DNA of 64,000 nt from Fibrobacteria bacterium. Its GTDB lineage: Bacteria > Fibrobacterota > Fibrobacteria > UBA11236. Location: the NCBI GenBank assembly GCA_025360005.1, contig JANYDA010000057.1, forward strand, positions 15,065 to 79,064, in the 5' to 3' direction. The position numbers were made by a program, and so were the translations under genes. The stretch's first letter is position 1. Each line of letters begins with the position of its first letter. Shown here one piece after another: positions 47,887 through 58,224 of this stretch. The notes under the pieces are model-generated. The model did not search any database. It saw nothing but the letters and a program-made list of their open reading frames with translations, and had not been told where the DNA came from.

Positions 47887-48237
47887 ATGAAATCGATAAC
47901 GCTCGCCCTGGGAGTCCTATTCGCTACGGGATCGGCGGACACCGCCAAGGTTGCGGCCCCAAAAGCCGTTGTTCCCAAGACCGCCGCCTCTCCCTCCAAG
48001 GCTACCGGTGCCGGCGCGCCGACTACGGCTTCGGCCGCTGCCCCCGCATCCGGCGCCACGGAAGCGCCAGTCACGGAAGAGACCATCGTTTACCTGGCGA
48101 AATCCGGGAGCCGTTACCATCAGAAGGGTTGCAAGTACCTGAAAAACTCCGGCAAGCAGGTGACCATCATCACCGCCATGAAGCAAGGCTACGCGCCCTG
48201 CAACGTATGCAAAGCCCCCCATCTCAAGCGCCAGTAG
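47887..48237 (+). CDS. Small secreted Ala/Pro-rich protein with C-terminal Cys-x19-Cys-x2-Cys motif
   Basis: Start chosen at 47887. Signal peptide MKSITLALGVLFATGSA; low-complexity A/P/T linker; C-terminus YHQKGCKYL...APCNVCKAP (possible metal-binding knuckle). Function unknown. Confidence 0.4.
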   Translation: MKSITLALGVLFATGSADTAKVAAPKAVVPKTAASPSKATGAGAPTTASAAAPASGATEAPVTEETIVYLAKSGSRYHQKGCKYLKNSGKQVTIITAMKQGYAPCNVCKAPHLKRQ

Positions 48238-48251
48238 TCCGGACTCTCGAG

Positions 48252-48272
48252 GCGGGCCGGGATTCGGCCCGC
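48252..48272. terminator. GC hairpin between convergent genes (possible bidirectional terminator)
   Basis: GCGGGCCGggattCGGCCCGC, 8-bp stem, between the small secreted protein gene (+) and the dnaJ-like gene (−). Confidence 0.35.
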
Positions 48273-48307
48273 GTACCCTACGTCCTTATCGGAAAGCCCG
48301 AAAGCGG

Positions 48308-49276
48308 TTACCGGCGCGCTTCCGCCATCTTGCGGAAGAACTCGACTTCCTCCGGCTTGAGCCCTTTGGGCAAAGCAAGGCTTACCGTAACATACAAGTC
48401 ACCGTGGGTTCCTGCTGAATCGTAGACCGGCATGCCCTGTCCTTTGAGGCGGAATACCTTCCCGTTATCCGTTTCCGGCGGGATACGCAGCTTCACGCCG
48501 CCGCCCAAGGTGTGGATTTCCTCGCTCTTGCCCACTACGGCATCATGGGCCTGCAACGGTAGCGAGAGATATAAATCGTCCCCGCGCCTTTCAAAATCGG
48601 CATGCGGCATGACGTGGATTTTCAGGAAGAAATTCCCGTCCGGTCCGCCGTTCATGCCCTTGCCGCCCTTGCCGGCCAGCTTGATCACCTTGCCGTCCGC
48701 GATGCCGGGTTTGAATTGCAGCCGCAGTTTCTTCCCGTCGATTTCGATGATCTTCTTCGCGCCATGGTAGGCCTCTTCCAATCCGATTTCAACGTCCGCC
48801 TGATAATCGTCTCCCGGTCGCGGCGGACGGGCGCCTGCGAACGCGCCGCCTTGCTTTCCCCGCCCCGGCCCGCCTCCGCCGCCCATTCCCGCCCCGCCGA
48901 AAAAGGTCTCGAAGAAATCGGAAAAGCCGCCGTTGCCACCGCCGAAAAGATCGTTCATCTCCTCCTGCGTGAAGGTGCGGGAGCGCCCCGCCCCGCCGGC
49001 TCCGCCCCTGTTCCCGCCCCCGTATTGCCGGCTGTTGGAAGGTCCCCCCGGGTTGCTCCAATTGGAGCCCAGTTCATCGTAACGCTGGCGTTTCTCAGGA
49101 TCGGAAAGCACCTCATTGGCTTCGTTAATCTCCTTGAAGCGGTCCTCGGCGGCTTTGTTGCCCGGGTTCTTGTCCGGGTGGAATTTCGCGGCCAGCTTCC
49201 GGTAGGCTTTCTTGACGGCATCGGGGCCCGCGGCTTTTTCCAATCCCAACGATTTGTAATAGTCTTTGAATTCCAT
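48308..49276 (-). CDS. DnaJ-class chaperone lacking the zinc-finger domain (CbpA-like)
   Basis: J domain ([33 protein letters not shown]), G/F-rich linker, C-terminal substrate-binding domains, no CxxCxGxG repeats. Confidence 0.9.
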   Translation of the reverse strand: MEFKDYYKSLGLEKAAGPDAVKKAYRKLAAKFHPDKNPGNKAAEDRFKEINEANEVLSDPEKRQRYDELGSNWSNPGGPSNSRQYGGGNRGGAGGAGRSRTFTQEEMNDLFGGGNGGFSDFFETFFGGAGMGGGGGPGRGKQGGAFAGARPPRPGDDYQADVEIGLEEAYHGAKKIIEIDGKKLRLQFKPGIADGKVIKLAGKGGKGMNGGPDGNFFLKIHVMPHADFERRGDDLYLSLPLQAHDAVVGKSEEIHTLGGGVKLRIPPETDNGKVFRLKGQGMPVYDSAGTHGDLYVTVSLALPKGLKPEEVEFFRKMAEARR

Positions 49277-49471
49277 GCGGGTCCTGTCTGTAACTGCAAC
49301 CGCGAAGGGTTGAATGTGACAAAATATTTTTCCGGGACCGAAGCGGCCACTGTTTTGCGGTAATATCGGCAGGATGACAGGAAAAGAAGGGGTAAAGGCT
49401 TGAAAAGAGGGGCGGCCAGGATGGACCTGGCCGCGATAGGGAAGATTCGCTTACCCGGAAGGGCGGAGAGC

Positions 49472-49795
49472 CTAGTTGGTGTCGGAAAGATATCGGTGGG
49501 CGATGTTTTCCGGTTCCAGTTCCGGAGCATCGGTCTTGGCTCCGAAGGCTCTGAGGATGCGCATGGCATCCAGGTGCCCCATGGAGGAAGCGGCCAGGTA
49601 GGGGGTCCAACCTTCCGGATCCCGGGCGTTCACGTCGGCCCCGGCCTCAATAAGACGATAGACTTCCTTGGTTTCGCCTTTTTCCGCCGCCCGGATAAGG
49701 GCGAGGTCGCGGCTGCCCTTGCTCCGGGTGGGAGCACAAGCGATAAGGCTCAGGGCCAGCAGTGAAAAACCGAGTGTCGCGAGTCTACCCTTCAT
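49472..49795 (-). CDS. Ankyrin-repeat lipoprotein
   Basis: Start chosen at 49795. MKGRLATLGFSLLALSLIAC lipobox; ANK repeats (LIEAGADVNARDPEGWTPYLAASSMGHLDAMRIL). Confidence 0.7.
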   Translation of the reverse strand: MKGRLATLGFSLLALSLIACAPTRSKGSRDLALIRAAEKGETKEVYRLIEAGADVNARDPEGWTPYLAASSMGHLDAMRILRAFGAKTDAPELEPENIAHRYLSDTN

Positions 49796-50483
49796 GGTGT
49801 TGCCGCCTGCTTTCCTGTTCCCATTGTTCATGGTTACATTGTCTCTCTTACCCCCTTCCTATTCAATGGCGGGTAACGCCATGGATTAGGGATGATTGTT
49901 CCCAGACGCCGGTTTTATGGATGTTTCATAGCCTTGGAGGACGATACGCGGGACCTTTCCTCCCGGAGATTGAGGTTGTCTCCAAGTGCTATAATCCGGG
50001 CGCGAGCTGAAGGTATCCGGAGGCCGGGCGACCCTACCATCGCAAGCGGATCGATAGTAGCACCAAGGTTACGTAGTCACGGTCTTGGGCTCCAGCCATT
50101 TGGCCAGCACGGCTTAGGCGGCTTCCGGGCCGGTCAAGGCGCCCCGTTCACATAACCCTGGAAATCCGCGCGGCAATGCTCACCGGCGAAGAAAGGATTT
50201 CCCACCGGCTTTTGCTTTTCTTCTTCCCCCGGCGATACCGGGTAGGCCGAACCCATGGAATGCCGGGAGATTCCGGTTTCGAGTGGGTCGGCGTTGCGGA
50301 GGATTCCCGAAAACAGCGCCATAGGCAGGCGGCAGGCCATCAATGGCGTCCGATCGCTGGAGGAGCGCGCATGAACGAAAGAGTACGCTTTGTGCGGTGG
50401 CTTCGCCGCAAACCGGGGTTTCGGCGATGCGAATATGTTAGAATGGTACCGGATCGATTTTGGCGTATCCGGAAAGGTTGCCC

Positions 50484-50858
50484 ATGAAATCGGTGAAGAT
50501 CATCGACAAGACCGCGCTGGTCAATCTCTACAATATCGGAGGCAAGGATTTCCTTCTCCGCATGATCGACAATTTCATTTCCCAGGCTCCCAAACGCATC
50601 GATACCGCGCGCAAGAGTCTGGAAACGGGGGACCTAAAGTCCATCCATCTCATTTGCCATTCCCTCAAAGCCAGTGCCGCAAACCTGGGGGCCGCCAAGG
50701 TCCAGGAAGTAGGGGAGAGGATCGAGGAGATGGCCAGCATCGGCCTGCGCGAGCATATCGGCGAAGCGCTGGATATGCTGGAGAAGGTTCTCTTTGAAGC
50801 CCTACAATCCTTGCAGGCCGAACGCGAACTGTGGGGACAAGAAGCGCCCAAGGCCTAG
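50484..50858 (+). CDS. Histidine phosphotransfer (HPt) domain protein
   Basis: Start chosen at MKSVKIID; HPt motif HSLKASAANLGAAK. Confidence 0.7.
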   Translation: MKSVKIIDKTALVNLYNIGGKDFLLRMIDNFISQAPKRIDTARKSLETGDLKSIHLICHSLKASAANLGAAKVQEVGERIEEMASIGLREHIGEALDMLEKVLFEALQSLQAERELWGQEAPKA

Positions 50859-50923
50859 CGCTTCGATGCGGTCCCGCGCTGGAAAAACTTCTCCAGGATT
50901 CCCAGCCCAAGCCGCGTTGACGA

Positions 50924-51358
50924 TCAAGCCGCAGTGGCCCGTTCGCATCTGGAGAAGAAATGATCGTCCAGGCTGCGGCGGATTTTCTCCAGCAGCCGCG
51001 CAGGCGCGGGCGGTTTGGCGGGCATGCCGAACGATCCTACCGGCAGCTCCGAAATTTCCAGGCTGTCCCGTTCCGAAAGCAGGATGGCCGGCAGCTCCGG
51101 CCCCAGGAACCGCAGTTGCGACAGCCATTCCGGACCGGTCATATCCGGCAGCTCCATTGCGCACAGGGCCAGTTGGATTTCACCGCCCCATTCATTGAGC
51201 ACTTGCAGGGCTTCGATGCCGTGATGCGCTTCCGCTACGCGGTAGCCGTTCAGTTCCAGGATGATTTTCATGGCCTGACGGGTGGCGGGATCCCCGTCCA
51301 CCAGCAGGATGCTTTCGACTACCTTGACCACTTTCCACTTCGCGAAGCTTCCGTTCAT
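50924..51358 (-). CDS. Single-domain receiver-like protein with degenerate phospho-acceptor site (pseudo-receiver)
   Basis: REC fold (ILLVDGD..., conserved Ser/Lys positions ILLSERD / PAKP), but the position aligning to CheY Asp57 (VISDWNMPNMDG) reads ALCAMELPDMTG, i.e. Ala instead of Asp; Asp13 equivalent is Gly. Confidence 0.6.
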   Translation of the reverse strand: MNGSFAKWKVVKVVESILLVDGDPATRQAMKIILELNGYRVAEAHHGIEALQVLNEWGGEIQLALCAMELPDMTGPEWLSQLRFLGPELPAILLSERDSLEISELPVGSFGMPAKPPAPARLLEKIRRSLDDHFFSRCERATAA

Positions 51359-51466
51359 GTTACCTCCAGGTTTATTGTCGTTGGGATAATAATACGGAGG
51401 ATGTGGGGACGGAAAGTGTCCTTGGGTATATGCGCAGTCGCCTCGGAGGGATCTTTTGAGGGCCGG

Positions 51467-53833
51467 CTAATTCATCGTCGTCTTAGGCCCCGCCTCCACC
51501 TTGTTCAACGCCTCCAGCAAAATCCCCGGCGACAGCACCTCCGGCAAGATGACATAGTCCGCCATCCCGTTCCCGCTGTACAGCACATACAGGGGGATGC
51601 TGTTCCTCCCGTATTTCTCCAGCGCCCGCGCGATGGTGTCGTCACGCAAGGTCCAGTCCGCCTTCAGCATGTTCATCTTCAAGTCGATGAACTTCCGCAC
51701 CACCTCTGAGGAGCTGAGCGCGACCTTCTCATTCACCTTGCAGCTGAGGCACCAATCGGCTGTGAAGTCGACGAAAACGGGTTTGCCTTGGCTCACTAGA
51801 TCCATCACGCGCGCTTCCGAAAAGGGTTCCCATTGCAATTCGCCGGAGACGGTCTTTCCGGATTGGGCGGAACCGGAACCGGAGCCTTTCGGTTTCATTT
51901 CCCGGATTTGATCCATGTAGATGAGAACCAAAGCCAAGGCGGGGACAAAGACCACCAGCGCGATCAGGGCCGCTACTATGCGCACCGGAGTGGCGCGGTG
52001 CAATGCGGTCCATTTGCCCAGAATCCAAGCGCTCATGCCAGCCATCAGCAATACGAAGAGCAAGGCTATGAGCGCGTCCACGCCCGCCTGTCTGCCCAGG
52101 ACCCAGGCCAGCCAGATGGCCGTAGCCAGGAGGGGAAAGCCCATGAATTGCTTGAGATGCTCCATCCATTCGCCGGGCTTGGGGAGGAACCTCATCAGGC
52201 CGGGGAAGCCGGACAATATCAGGTAGGGCGCGGACATCCCCAGGCCCAGGAAGGTGAAGACCAGCATGGCAAAATAGGCCGGTTGGGTAAATGCGTAGCC
52301 CATGGCCGAGCCCATGAAGGGCGCCGTGCAGGGCGTGGCCACCACGGTGGCGGTGACGCCGGCCATGAATGATCCCAGCCGGCCGCTTTGCGCGCCCGTG
52401 CCGCCGATGCGGGTGAACATATAGCCCAGCTCGAAAACCCCGAACAGGTTGAGGCTGAAAAAGAAGAAGAGCGCGCTCAAGACTACCAGGAAACTTGGTG
52501 ATTGAAGCTGGAAACCCCAGCCCAGTTGGGAGCCGCCGCTGCGGAGGGCGAGCAGCAGGCCCGCCAGGATCCAAAAGGAGACCAGCACGCCGGCCGTGAA
52601 AATGAGGCCGTGGGAAAAGATTTTCCAGCGCGATTGGCCGGCGCGTTTTACGAAGTCGAAGATCTTCAGGGAAAGCACCGGCAGTACGCAGGGCATTAGG
52701 TTGAGGATGAGTCCGCCCACGAAGGCCAGGGAGAGCATGAGCAACAGTTTCGCGAACCCGGACCGGGAGGCGGCTCCGGCTTCGGCTAATGGAAAGGTTG
52801 CGACTGCGGGAAAGCTCGCCGGTCCGGAAACCTCGGCATCCGTCGTTCCGCTTAGGTCTCGGCCGCTTGCGGCCGGCGGACTGGCTTTGCTTGCCGCGAA
52901 GGTGGGGGCGGCCAAGGCTTTGGGTTTGGCTTTGCCATGTTGTATGGCGACACGCACCTGCACGGACCGCGCCTGCGCGTCATTCCAACCGGGATCGCCC
53001 ACGGCCAAGCCGGAAAGGCTATCGGGGCCTTTGGCGCCTTCTTCCGGGGGAACCATTTTGAGGTCCAACGCATAGCCGCTTTGGATGGGATAGAATCCTT
53101 GCGGCGCGGCATGTTGCAAGATGTCCGTGGAGTCGGGGAAAAAGTAAAGCGAGGCCAGGGGAGCGGACCCGCCGGCCGGAGGCGTGGCGATAAGGACCAG
53201 CGTAGAGTCCACGGCCAGCGCGGAGAATTTCCAGGCGCAAGCCGTCAGCGGCAAGGCGGCGCGCGCAGCTTTGAAAAGACCGGCATGGGCGGGATGCGCC
53301 TGGGGTAACGCATCGGTTACCTTAACGGGAAGGGCAAGGGAGAAATCCGCGCCGCCGGGCAGGCAGATATCGTTGCAGACCACCCATTTGGCCTTGGCCG
53401 CGATTAGGATGCTGCCGGAAGCGTTGCCCGGGGCGGCGATTTCCGCGGGGAGCAGTATTTCGCCTTCGTATCCGAAGTTCATCAGGGGCGGAACTTCGAT
53501 GCGTTCCGGGCGCGGCCATTGGATGGGGCCGGCGGTGAAGCCAGGGGGAAGCTTCCAGGCGAGCGAGACGGGAAGCCCGGCATCGCCGGGGTTTTTCCAA
53601 TACACGTGCCAATGGGGCTCCAGCTTGAGATGGAGGCCGGCCCAAAAGGTTTGCCCCGGCGCGATGGCTTCCGGTTCCGCGATGAGCTCCGCCTGCACAT
53701 GCAGGGGCTTGGGCGTTTCGGCGGCAAAGGAATGATTTGCGATCAAGACAATGAATGCGAACGCGGAGTAGACCCACGGGAAATGGCCCGGACGGCTCAG
53801 GGAGGAATGCGGCAAGTCGGCCCCTTTTTCCAC
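51467..53833 (-). CDS. dsbD: Thiol:disulfide interchange protein DsbD (protein-disulfide reductase)
   Basis: N-terminal DsbD-alpha domain, central 8-TM DsbD-beta core with conserved Cys (LMPCVLPVL ... ATPCTAPFMG), and C-terminal thioredoxin domain WCLSC. Confidence 0.9.
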   Translation of the reverse strand: MEKGADLPHSSLSRPGHFPWVYSAFAFIVLIANHSFAAETPKPLHVQAELIAEPEAIAPGQTFWAGLHLKLEPHWHVYWKNPGDAGLPVSLAWKLPPGFTAGPIQWPRPERIEVPPLMNFGYEGEILLPAEIAAPGNASGSILIAAKAKWVVCNDICLPGGADFSLALPVKVTDALPQAHPAHAGLFKAARAALPLTACAWKFSALAVDSTLVLIATPPAGGSAPLASLYFFPDSTDILQHAAPQGFYPIQSGYALDLKMVPPEEGAKGPDSLSGLAVGDPGWNDAQARSVQVRVAIQHGKAKPKALAAPTFAASKASPPAASGRDLSGTTDAEVSGPASFPAVATFPLAEAGAASRSGFAKLLLMLSLAFVGGLILNLMPCVLPVLSLKIFDFVKRAGQSRWKIFSHGLIFTAGVLVSFWILAGLLLALRSGGSQLGWGFQLQSPSFLVVLSALFFFFSLNLFGVFELGYMFTRIGGTGAQSGRLGSFMAGVTATVVATPCTAPFMGSAMGYAFTQPAYFAMLVFTFLGLGMSAPYLILSGFPGLMRFLPKPGEWMEHLKQFMGFPLLATAIWLAWVLGRQAGVDALIALLFVLLMAGMSAWILGKWTALHRATPVRIVAALIALVVFVPALALVLIYMDQIREMKPKGSGSGSAQSGKTVSGELQWEPFSEARVMDLVSQGKPVFVDFTADWCLSCKVNEKVALSSSEVVRKFIDLKMNMLKADWTLRDDTIARALEKYGRNSIPLYVLYSGNGMADYVILPEVLSPGILLEALNKVEAGPKTTMN

Positions 53834-53958
53834 TTAATATACCCATAGGCGGGGGAAAGAAGTATCGAGTGCGAGCTCGGTAGCCGACGGGCTGCGACGA
53901 CGGCCCGGAATCCGGATCCGTCCCATCCTGGTTATATTTTTCCGGAAAAGGGCGGAAC

Positions 53959-54339
53959 ATGCAATTGCTTTGGATCGGAATCGGCGGGGCTTTGGGATCG
54001 ATATTGAGATTCCTGCTGCAATCCCGTATGCGGGCCGAGTTCCCTGGAAACTTCCCCCTAGGTACCTTGGGCGTTAACCTGATCGGTTCCCTGTTGATCG
54101 GATTCCTGGCCGGATGGTTCCTCAACGTCGCCGCCCCCGGTCATCTCAAGGTGTTCCTGATGGTCGGTATCTTGGGAGGGTTCACCACCTTCTCTTCCTT
54201 CGCGTTGGAAAACCTGACCCTGATCCAAGGCGGGCATCTCAAGGCCTCCTTGGTTTACCTGCTCGTCAGCAATACGCTGGGGATAGGCTTGGCTTTCGGA
54301 GGATTCGTGGTGGCGCGGGCCATCAGCCGTTTCGTGTAG
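53959..54339 (+). CDS. crcB: Fluoride ion channel CrcB/FluC
   Basis: 126 aa, 4 TM, GTLGVNLIGSLLIG and GILGGFTTFSSF motifs. Confidence 0.9.
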   Translation: MQLLWIGIGGALGSILRFLLQSRMRAEFPGNFPLGTLGVNLIGSLLIGFLAGWFLNVAAPGHLKVFLMVGILGGFTTFSSFALENLTLIQGGHLKASLVYLLVSNTLGIGLAFGGFVVARAISRFV

Positions 54340-54380
54340 GGCGGCATGTGCGGCCCACCCGCGCTTGGCTACGGGGCGCC

Positions 54381-56009
54381 CTAAGGGCTTTCCTTAGCGA
54401 CCTGGGTCGGCCGGGATGTCGCGCGCACGGCGGCGACGCCGGCTGCCGAGCCGGTTCGGGTTCCGGAACCCAGGCATCGGCCTTCCAAGGTATAGTTCGT
54501 CGCTCCGAGCAGCGTTCCCCGATCCTCGGCTTCGGAACCATTCTTTTCCGATAAGCGCAGCCGGATTCCGGATCTTTGCTTGCCCGGAGCCGCGGGGGCC
54601 CGCGCGACCGCCCTTGTGACCGCGCCGGATTCGAACGCGCCCAGGTCCGGCGCTTTGCCCGCGAACGGCATTCCCACGTCCACGCCCTGGTCTATCAAAT
54701 CGCTGCCGGGTACGAGTTTGGCGAAAGCATTGACCGGAAGGCTCCCGTCCGCGCCCCGCGGCGCTTTGGCGAGGTCTTCCGAAAGCGATTGGAAATCCGC
54801 CACCGTCGCCTGCACGGGCAGGTCCCAACTATTGTTCTTGAGGATCGCCGCCGCGGAAAACTCGTGATCCAAGGATCCCTTGACGCCGAACGCGATATTG
54901 TTCCGGAAGATATTGGCGGCGCCGGCTTGCGGATCGTTCTCGAACATGTAATTGTAGCCGTTCTGGAAGGAAAGGCAATTCTCCACGATGACGCCGCCCT
55001 TATGGCTGTTCTGATCGAAACCCTTCTTGGATCGGAAATAATTGTCGAAGGAGACGCAACGCCTTGCCACGTGCACGCCTTGCGATGAGCCGCCGGCTCC
55101 GTTCCCGCCCAGTTTGAAACCGTTGCCGTTGCCCTGGTAAGAGCTCATGGGCTTGCCCATCTTCGCCTTGTAGGTGGAATCGAAATCCGTTTTGTCCCCG
55201 TTGTGCCAGGTCCAGCAGTCCGTGATTTCCACCGGCCAGTCGGTCTCGAAAAGATCCCAGCCGTCGTCGCCGTTGTGCCAGGAACGGCAGCCGCGGAAGA
55301 CATTGCCCTTGCCGTTATGCATCTTGCAGGCGAACCCGTCCGCGTCCCCGCCGGCATTGTCGAAATCGAAGTTGCGATAGGAATCGCAATTGATGATTTC
55401 GTTGAAGGCGCATAGCGCTCCGCCGGGGTTCTGCGTCTCATGGGCGAAGCCCAATTGGATGCCCGTGTCCCCGTTGTCGTGGAGGACGCAGGCTTCGATG
55501 CGGTTGTGGCTGCCTTCCACCTTGATGCCGTTGTCCCCCGCATGGGTGATTTCCAGCCCGCGAAGGTGCCAGTAATCGCCGCTCAGCATAAAGGCGCGGT
55601 GGACCGCCCCGTAGGGTTGCGCGGCGAAATCCAAAACCGGTTTTTCGCCGGGCGCGGCCCACAGCAGGATGCGCGCATCGGCCCGTCCCGATTGGGCCAA
55701 AGTGATGGTGGAGTCGCAAGCGTAGCGGCCGCCCTTGAAATACAGGGTATCTCCCGCGGCCAATCCGGCTATCGCCTTGGCGATGCCGCCCAGGGGCTGG
55801 GCGGAAGTTCCGGGAGCGGAATCGGATCCGGTCGGGGATACGTACAGGGTTTTGGCGGAAGCCAAGCCCAAGCCTGCGAGCAGGCAACAGGCCGTGAAAG
55901 CGCATCCGGATGCGCTGCGACCGCGGTTTTCCGAAATTTGGGAAAGAGGCGATCCGGCTTGGCGGATCTTGCGGGTCTTGTAAAGAGCGATGGCTGCGAA
56001 TGAGATCAT
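54381..56009 (-). CDS. Right-handed beta-helix pectate lyase-like protein (PL9-like), paralog of 43982–45526
   Basis: YWHLRGLEITHAGDNGIKVEGSHNRIEACVLHDNGDTGIQL...DADGFACKM...GNVFRGCRSWHNGDDGWDLF is co-linear with the other PL9-like protein; N-terminal start uncertain (long extension before the signal peptide). Confidence 0.65.
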   Translation of the reverse strand: MISFAAIALYKTRKIRQAGSPLSQISENRGRSASGCAFTACCLLAGLGLASAKTLYVSPTGSDSAPGTSAQPLGGIAKAIAGLAAGDTLYFKGGRYACDSTITLAQSGRADARILLWAAPGEKPVLDFAAQPYGAVHRAFMLSGDYWHLRGLEITHAGDNGIKVEGSHNRIEACVLHDNGDTGIQLGFAHETQNPGGALCAFNEIINCDSYRNFDFDNAGGDADGFACKMHNGKGNVFRGCRSWHNGDDGWDLFETDWPVEITDCWTWHNGDKTDFDSTYKAKMGKPMSSYQGNGNGFKLGGNGAGGSSQGVHVARRCVSFDNYFRSKKGFDQNSHKGGVIVENCLSFQNGYNYMFENDPQAGAANIFRNNIAFGVKGSLDHEFSAAAILKNNSWDLPVQATVADFQSLSEDLAKAPRGADGSLPVNAFAKLVPGSDLIDQGVDVGMPFAGKAPDLGAFESGAVTRAVARAPAAPGKQRSGIRLRLSEKNGSEAEDRGTLLGATNYTLEGRCLGSGTRTGSAAGVAAVRATSRPTQVAKESP

Positions 56010-56302
56010 GGTAACCTCGGAGGAAATGCCGCTAAGCTAAGCCGGAAGCCGCGGGGAAACGCACCGGAATACCGGGGGAGTGGGCACAATTGCGCCCATC
56101 GCGGATGGGTCCCTACCGTCTCTTCCCATTTTTTCGCAGCCGTACTCCAAAGAGTACGGCTATTGCTTCCCACAACGCGGCTGCTACACCAGGAAACCAA
56201 ATCCGCTAGCTTTAATAGAGGCCTGATACCCCTGCTGTTAAAGGGACCCCAATCGTTATCGCCGGTGTCAACGGCGCAGTCTGCAAAGAAGGAGTTTCAT
56301 CC

Positions 56303-57880
56303 ATGTCCTTATTTCCCAAGTCCATTGCTTATGGTGCGGCTTTGTTGGCAGGCTGGGCGCATGCCCAAGGCTTATGGCAGATGGTGGCGCAGAGCAACGC
56401 TCCCATCGCCCGCCAGGAAAACGCCTTTGCGCAGGCGGGGCCGGCTTTTTACCTCATGGGCGGGCGGCAATCGCAAAAGGTGGAAGCCTATGATTTCGCT
56501 AAAAAAACGTGGGCCGCCAAAGCGGCCTCGCCGTTGTTGATGCACCATTTCCAAGCCACGGAATACCACGGCATCCTGGTGGTCGCGGCGGCCATGACCG
56601 GGAACTATCCCGCCGAACCCTCGGTGCCGGATATCTGGTATTACGATCCCGTGGGCGATGTCTGGGCCAAAGGGCCTCCCATGCCCACGGACAGGGTGCG
56701 GGGCAGCGCGGGCGCGATAGTTTATCAGGACAAATTCTACCTGGCTTGCGGCAATACCCGCGGCCACAATTCCGGATGGGTGAAATGGCTGGACGAATGG
56801 GATCCCGCCACCAACGTGTGGAAGAAGCTTCCGGACGCGCCGCATGCGCGCGATCATTTCAACGCCAAGCTGTACGCCGGAAAGATTTTCTGCGGAGGGG
56901 GAAGAAGAAGCAGCGCCGATTTGGGTAACACATTCGGCGACACGGAAGCCAAGGTGGACGTATACGATATCGCCGCAGGCAGTTGGTCCACGCTTGCCAA
57001 CCCCATCCCCACCCCGCGCGGGGGGCCCATTACCGGCTTGGTAGGCGAGGAGATTATCTACTTCGGAGGGGAAAGCCTGGCTTCGACAAACTCATTGGCT
57101 CAATGCGAAGCGTTGAACGTAGTGACGGGACAATGGAGGACTTTGAGCAACAGCATTTCTCCGCGCCAAGGGACGCAAGCCATCGTCAGTAACGACGGCA
57201 TCTACGCCGCGGCGGGCTCCCCGACCCGGGGCGGCGGTACCACCAACACCCAAGTCTCTTTTTTCCCGGCAGGCACGGCTACCCAACCGATAGGGGATGC
57301 GATTGTCCCGGGCACCATGGTAAGCACCGACTACGCAGCGACACGAATTGCCGGGAAAGGATCCGATACCCTGATCGTACCCCTTACCTATGGAACCGGG
57401 AACCAGGCGATCTTGATTTCCGATCTCAAGCTGACGGGAGGCGTGGGCGTGAAAATGGCCGATGCTTTCACTTTCCCATTGCTCCTTCTGCCGGGAAAAT
57501 CGCTCAACGTGCATCTTACCTTGGATGCATCCGTCAAGACGGCGGGCGGGAGCCTGGTCGCTTCAGGCCTCATCCCCAAGGCCGGCGCCTTTACTAGAAA
57601 ATTTTCGCTTTCCGATGGTCCAAGCGCGATTTCCGCGCCGCAAGTAAATGCGTCCCATGTTGCGGTTGAAATGGTCGGGCGCACCGCCGGAACCGTGGCT
57701 TTGCGTTTGAAAGCGGCGCGTCCGGAGAATCTCAGGATTATTTTCAGCGATGTCCGGGGCCGGGAAATCGGAGCCCAGAACGTGAGCCTGGGCGCGGATG
57801 AGCGGATTCTGTCCTTCCCCATCCAGGCCGGGATGGAAACGCCGATAAAGTGGAAGATAATGGAAGGCGGACGCCTTTAA
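56303..57880 (+). CDS. Secreted Kelch-repeat beta-propeller protein (NanM/galactose-oxidase-like) with C-terminal beta-sandwich domain
   Basis: Signal peptide MSLFPKSIAYGAALLAGWAHA; repeated Kelch-like blades (FYLMGG, FYLACGN, IFCGGG, IIYFGGES); C-terminal region weakly resembles a T9SS sorting tail. Confidence 0.55.
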   Translation: MSLFPKSIAYGAALLAGWAHAQGLWQMVAQSNAPIARQENAFAQAGPAFYLMGGRQSQKVEAYDFAKKTWAAKAASPLLMHHFQATEYHGILVVAAAMTGNYPAEPSVPDIWYYDPVGDVWAKGPPMPTDRVRGSAGAIVYQDKFYLACGNTRGHNSGWVKWLDEWDPATNVWKKLPDAPHARDHFNAKLYAGKIFCGGGRRSSADLGNTFGDTEAKVDVYDIAAGSWSTLANPIPTPRGGPITGLVGEEIIYFGGESLASTNSLAQCEALNVVTGQWRTLSNSISPRQGTQAIVSNDGIYAAAGSPTRGGGTTNTQVSFFPAGTATQPIGDAIVPGTMVSTDYAATRIAGKGSDTLIVPLTYGTGNQAILISDLKLTGGVGVKMADAFTFPLLLLPGKSLNVHLTLDASVKTAGGSLVASGLIPKAGAFTRKFSLSDGPSAISAPQVNASHVAVEMVGRTAGTVALRLKAARPENLRIIFSDVRGREIGAQNVSLGADERILSFPIQAGMETPIKWKIMEGGRL

Positions 57881-58224
57881 CCGTTACCGCGCAGGGCTTT
57901 GAGATAGGCGGCCACGTCTTCCAAATCCGCGGAGGGCAATTCATCCTTGCCGAAGGCGGGCATGGCCCCCAGTCCGTGCCTGGCCTGGAAGCGCACCAGG
58001 AAACCTGGTAAAGGTTTATTGTTGAGGGACGGGCCCAGCCCGGCGTCACCTCCGGGATGGCACTTTTCGCACTCGACCATGTACACCGTTTGACCATGGG
58101 CAATGCGCGGATCGCTGGTATCCAAGCTTCCCCGCAAGGGTTCGCTTCGCCTTCCCGCGCATCCCGCCAATAGCCATGCTGACAGAACCCATGCAGACAG
58201 GGGTAGAAATGAAGACGTTTTCAT
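57877..58224 (-). CDS. c-type cytochrome (class I), lipoprotein
   Basis: Start chosen at 58224. Lipobox SAWLLAGC; heme-binding CEKCH; distal Met in LGAMPAF; 4-nt overlap with the upstream dehydrogenase gene. Confidence 0.75.
   Translation of the reverse strand: MKTSSFLPLSAWVLSAWLLAGCAGRRSEPLRGSLDTSDPRIAHGQTVYMVECEKCHPGGDAGLGPSLNNKPLPGFLVRFQARHGLGAMPAFGKDELPSADLEDVAAYLKALRGNG

Noticed and set aside
53834-53958. Possible fluoride riboswitch upstream of crcB
   Set aside because: I looked for the crcB-motif hallmarks (GGCGATG...CTGATG..CCTAC pseudoknot elements) and did not find them; the 5' region lacks the conserved segments.
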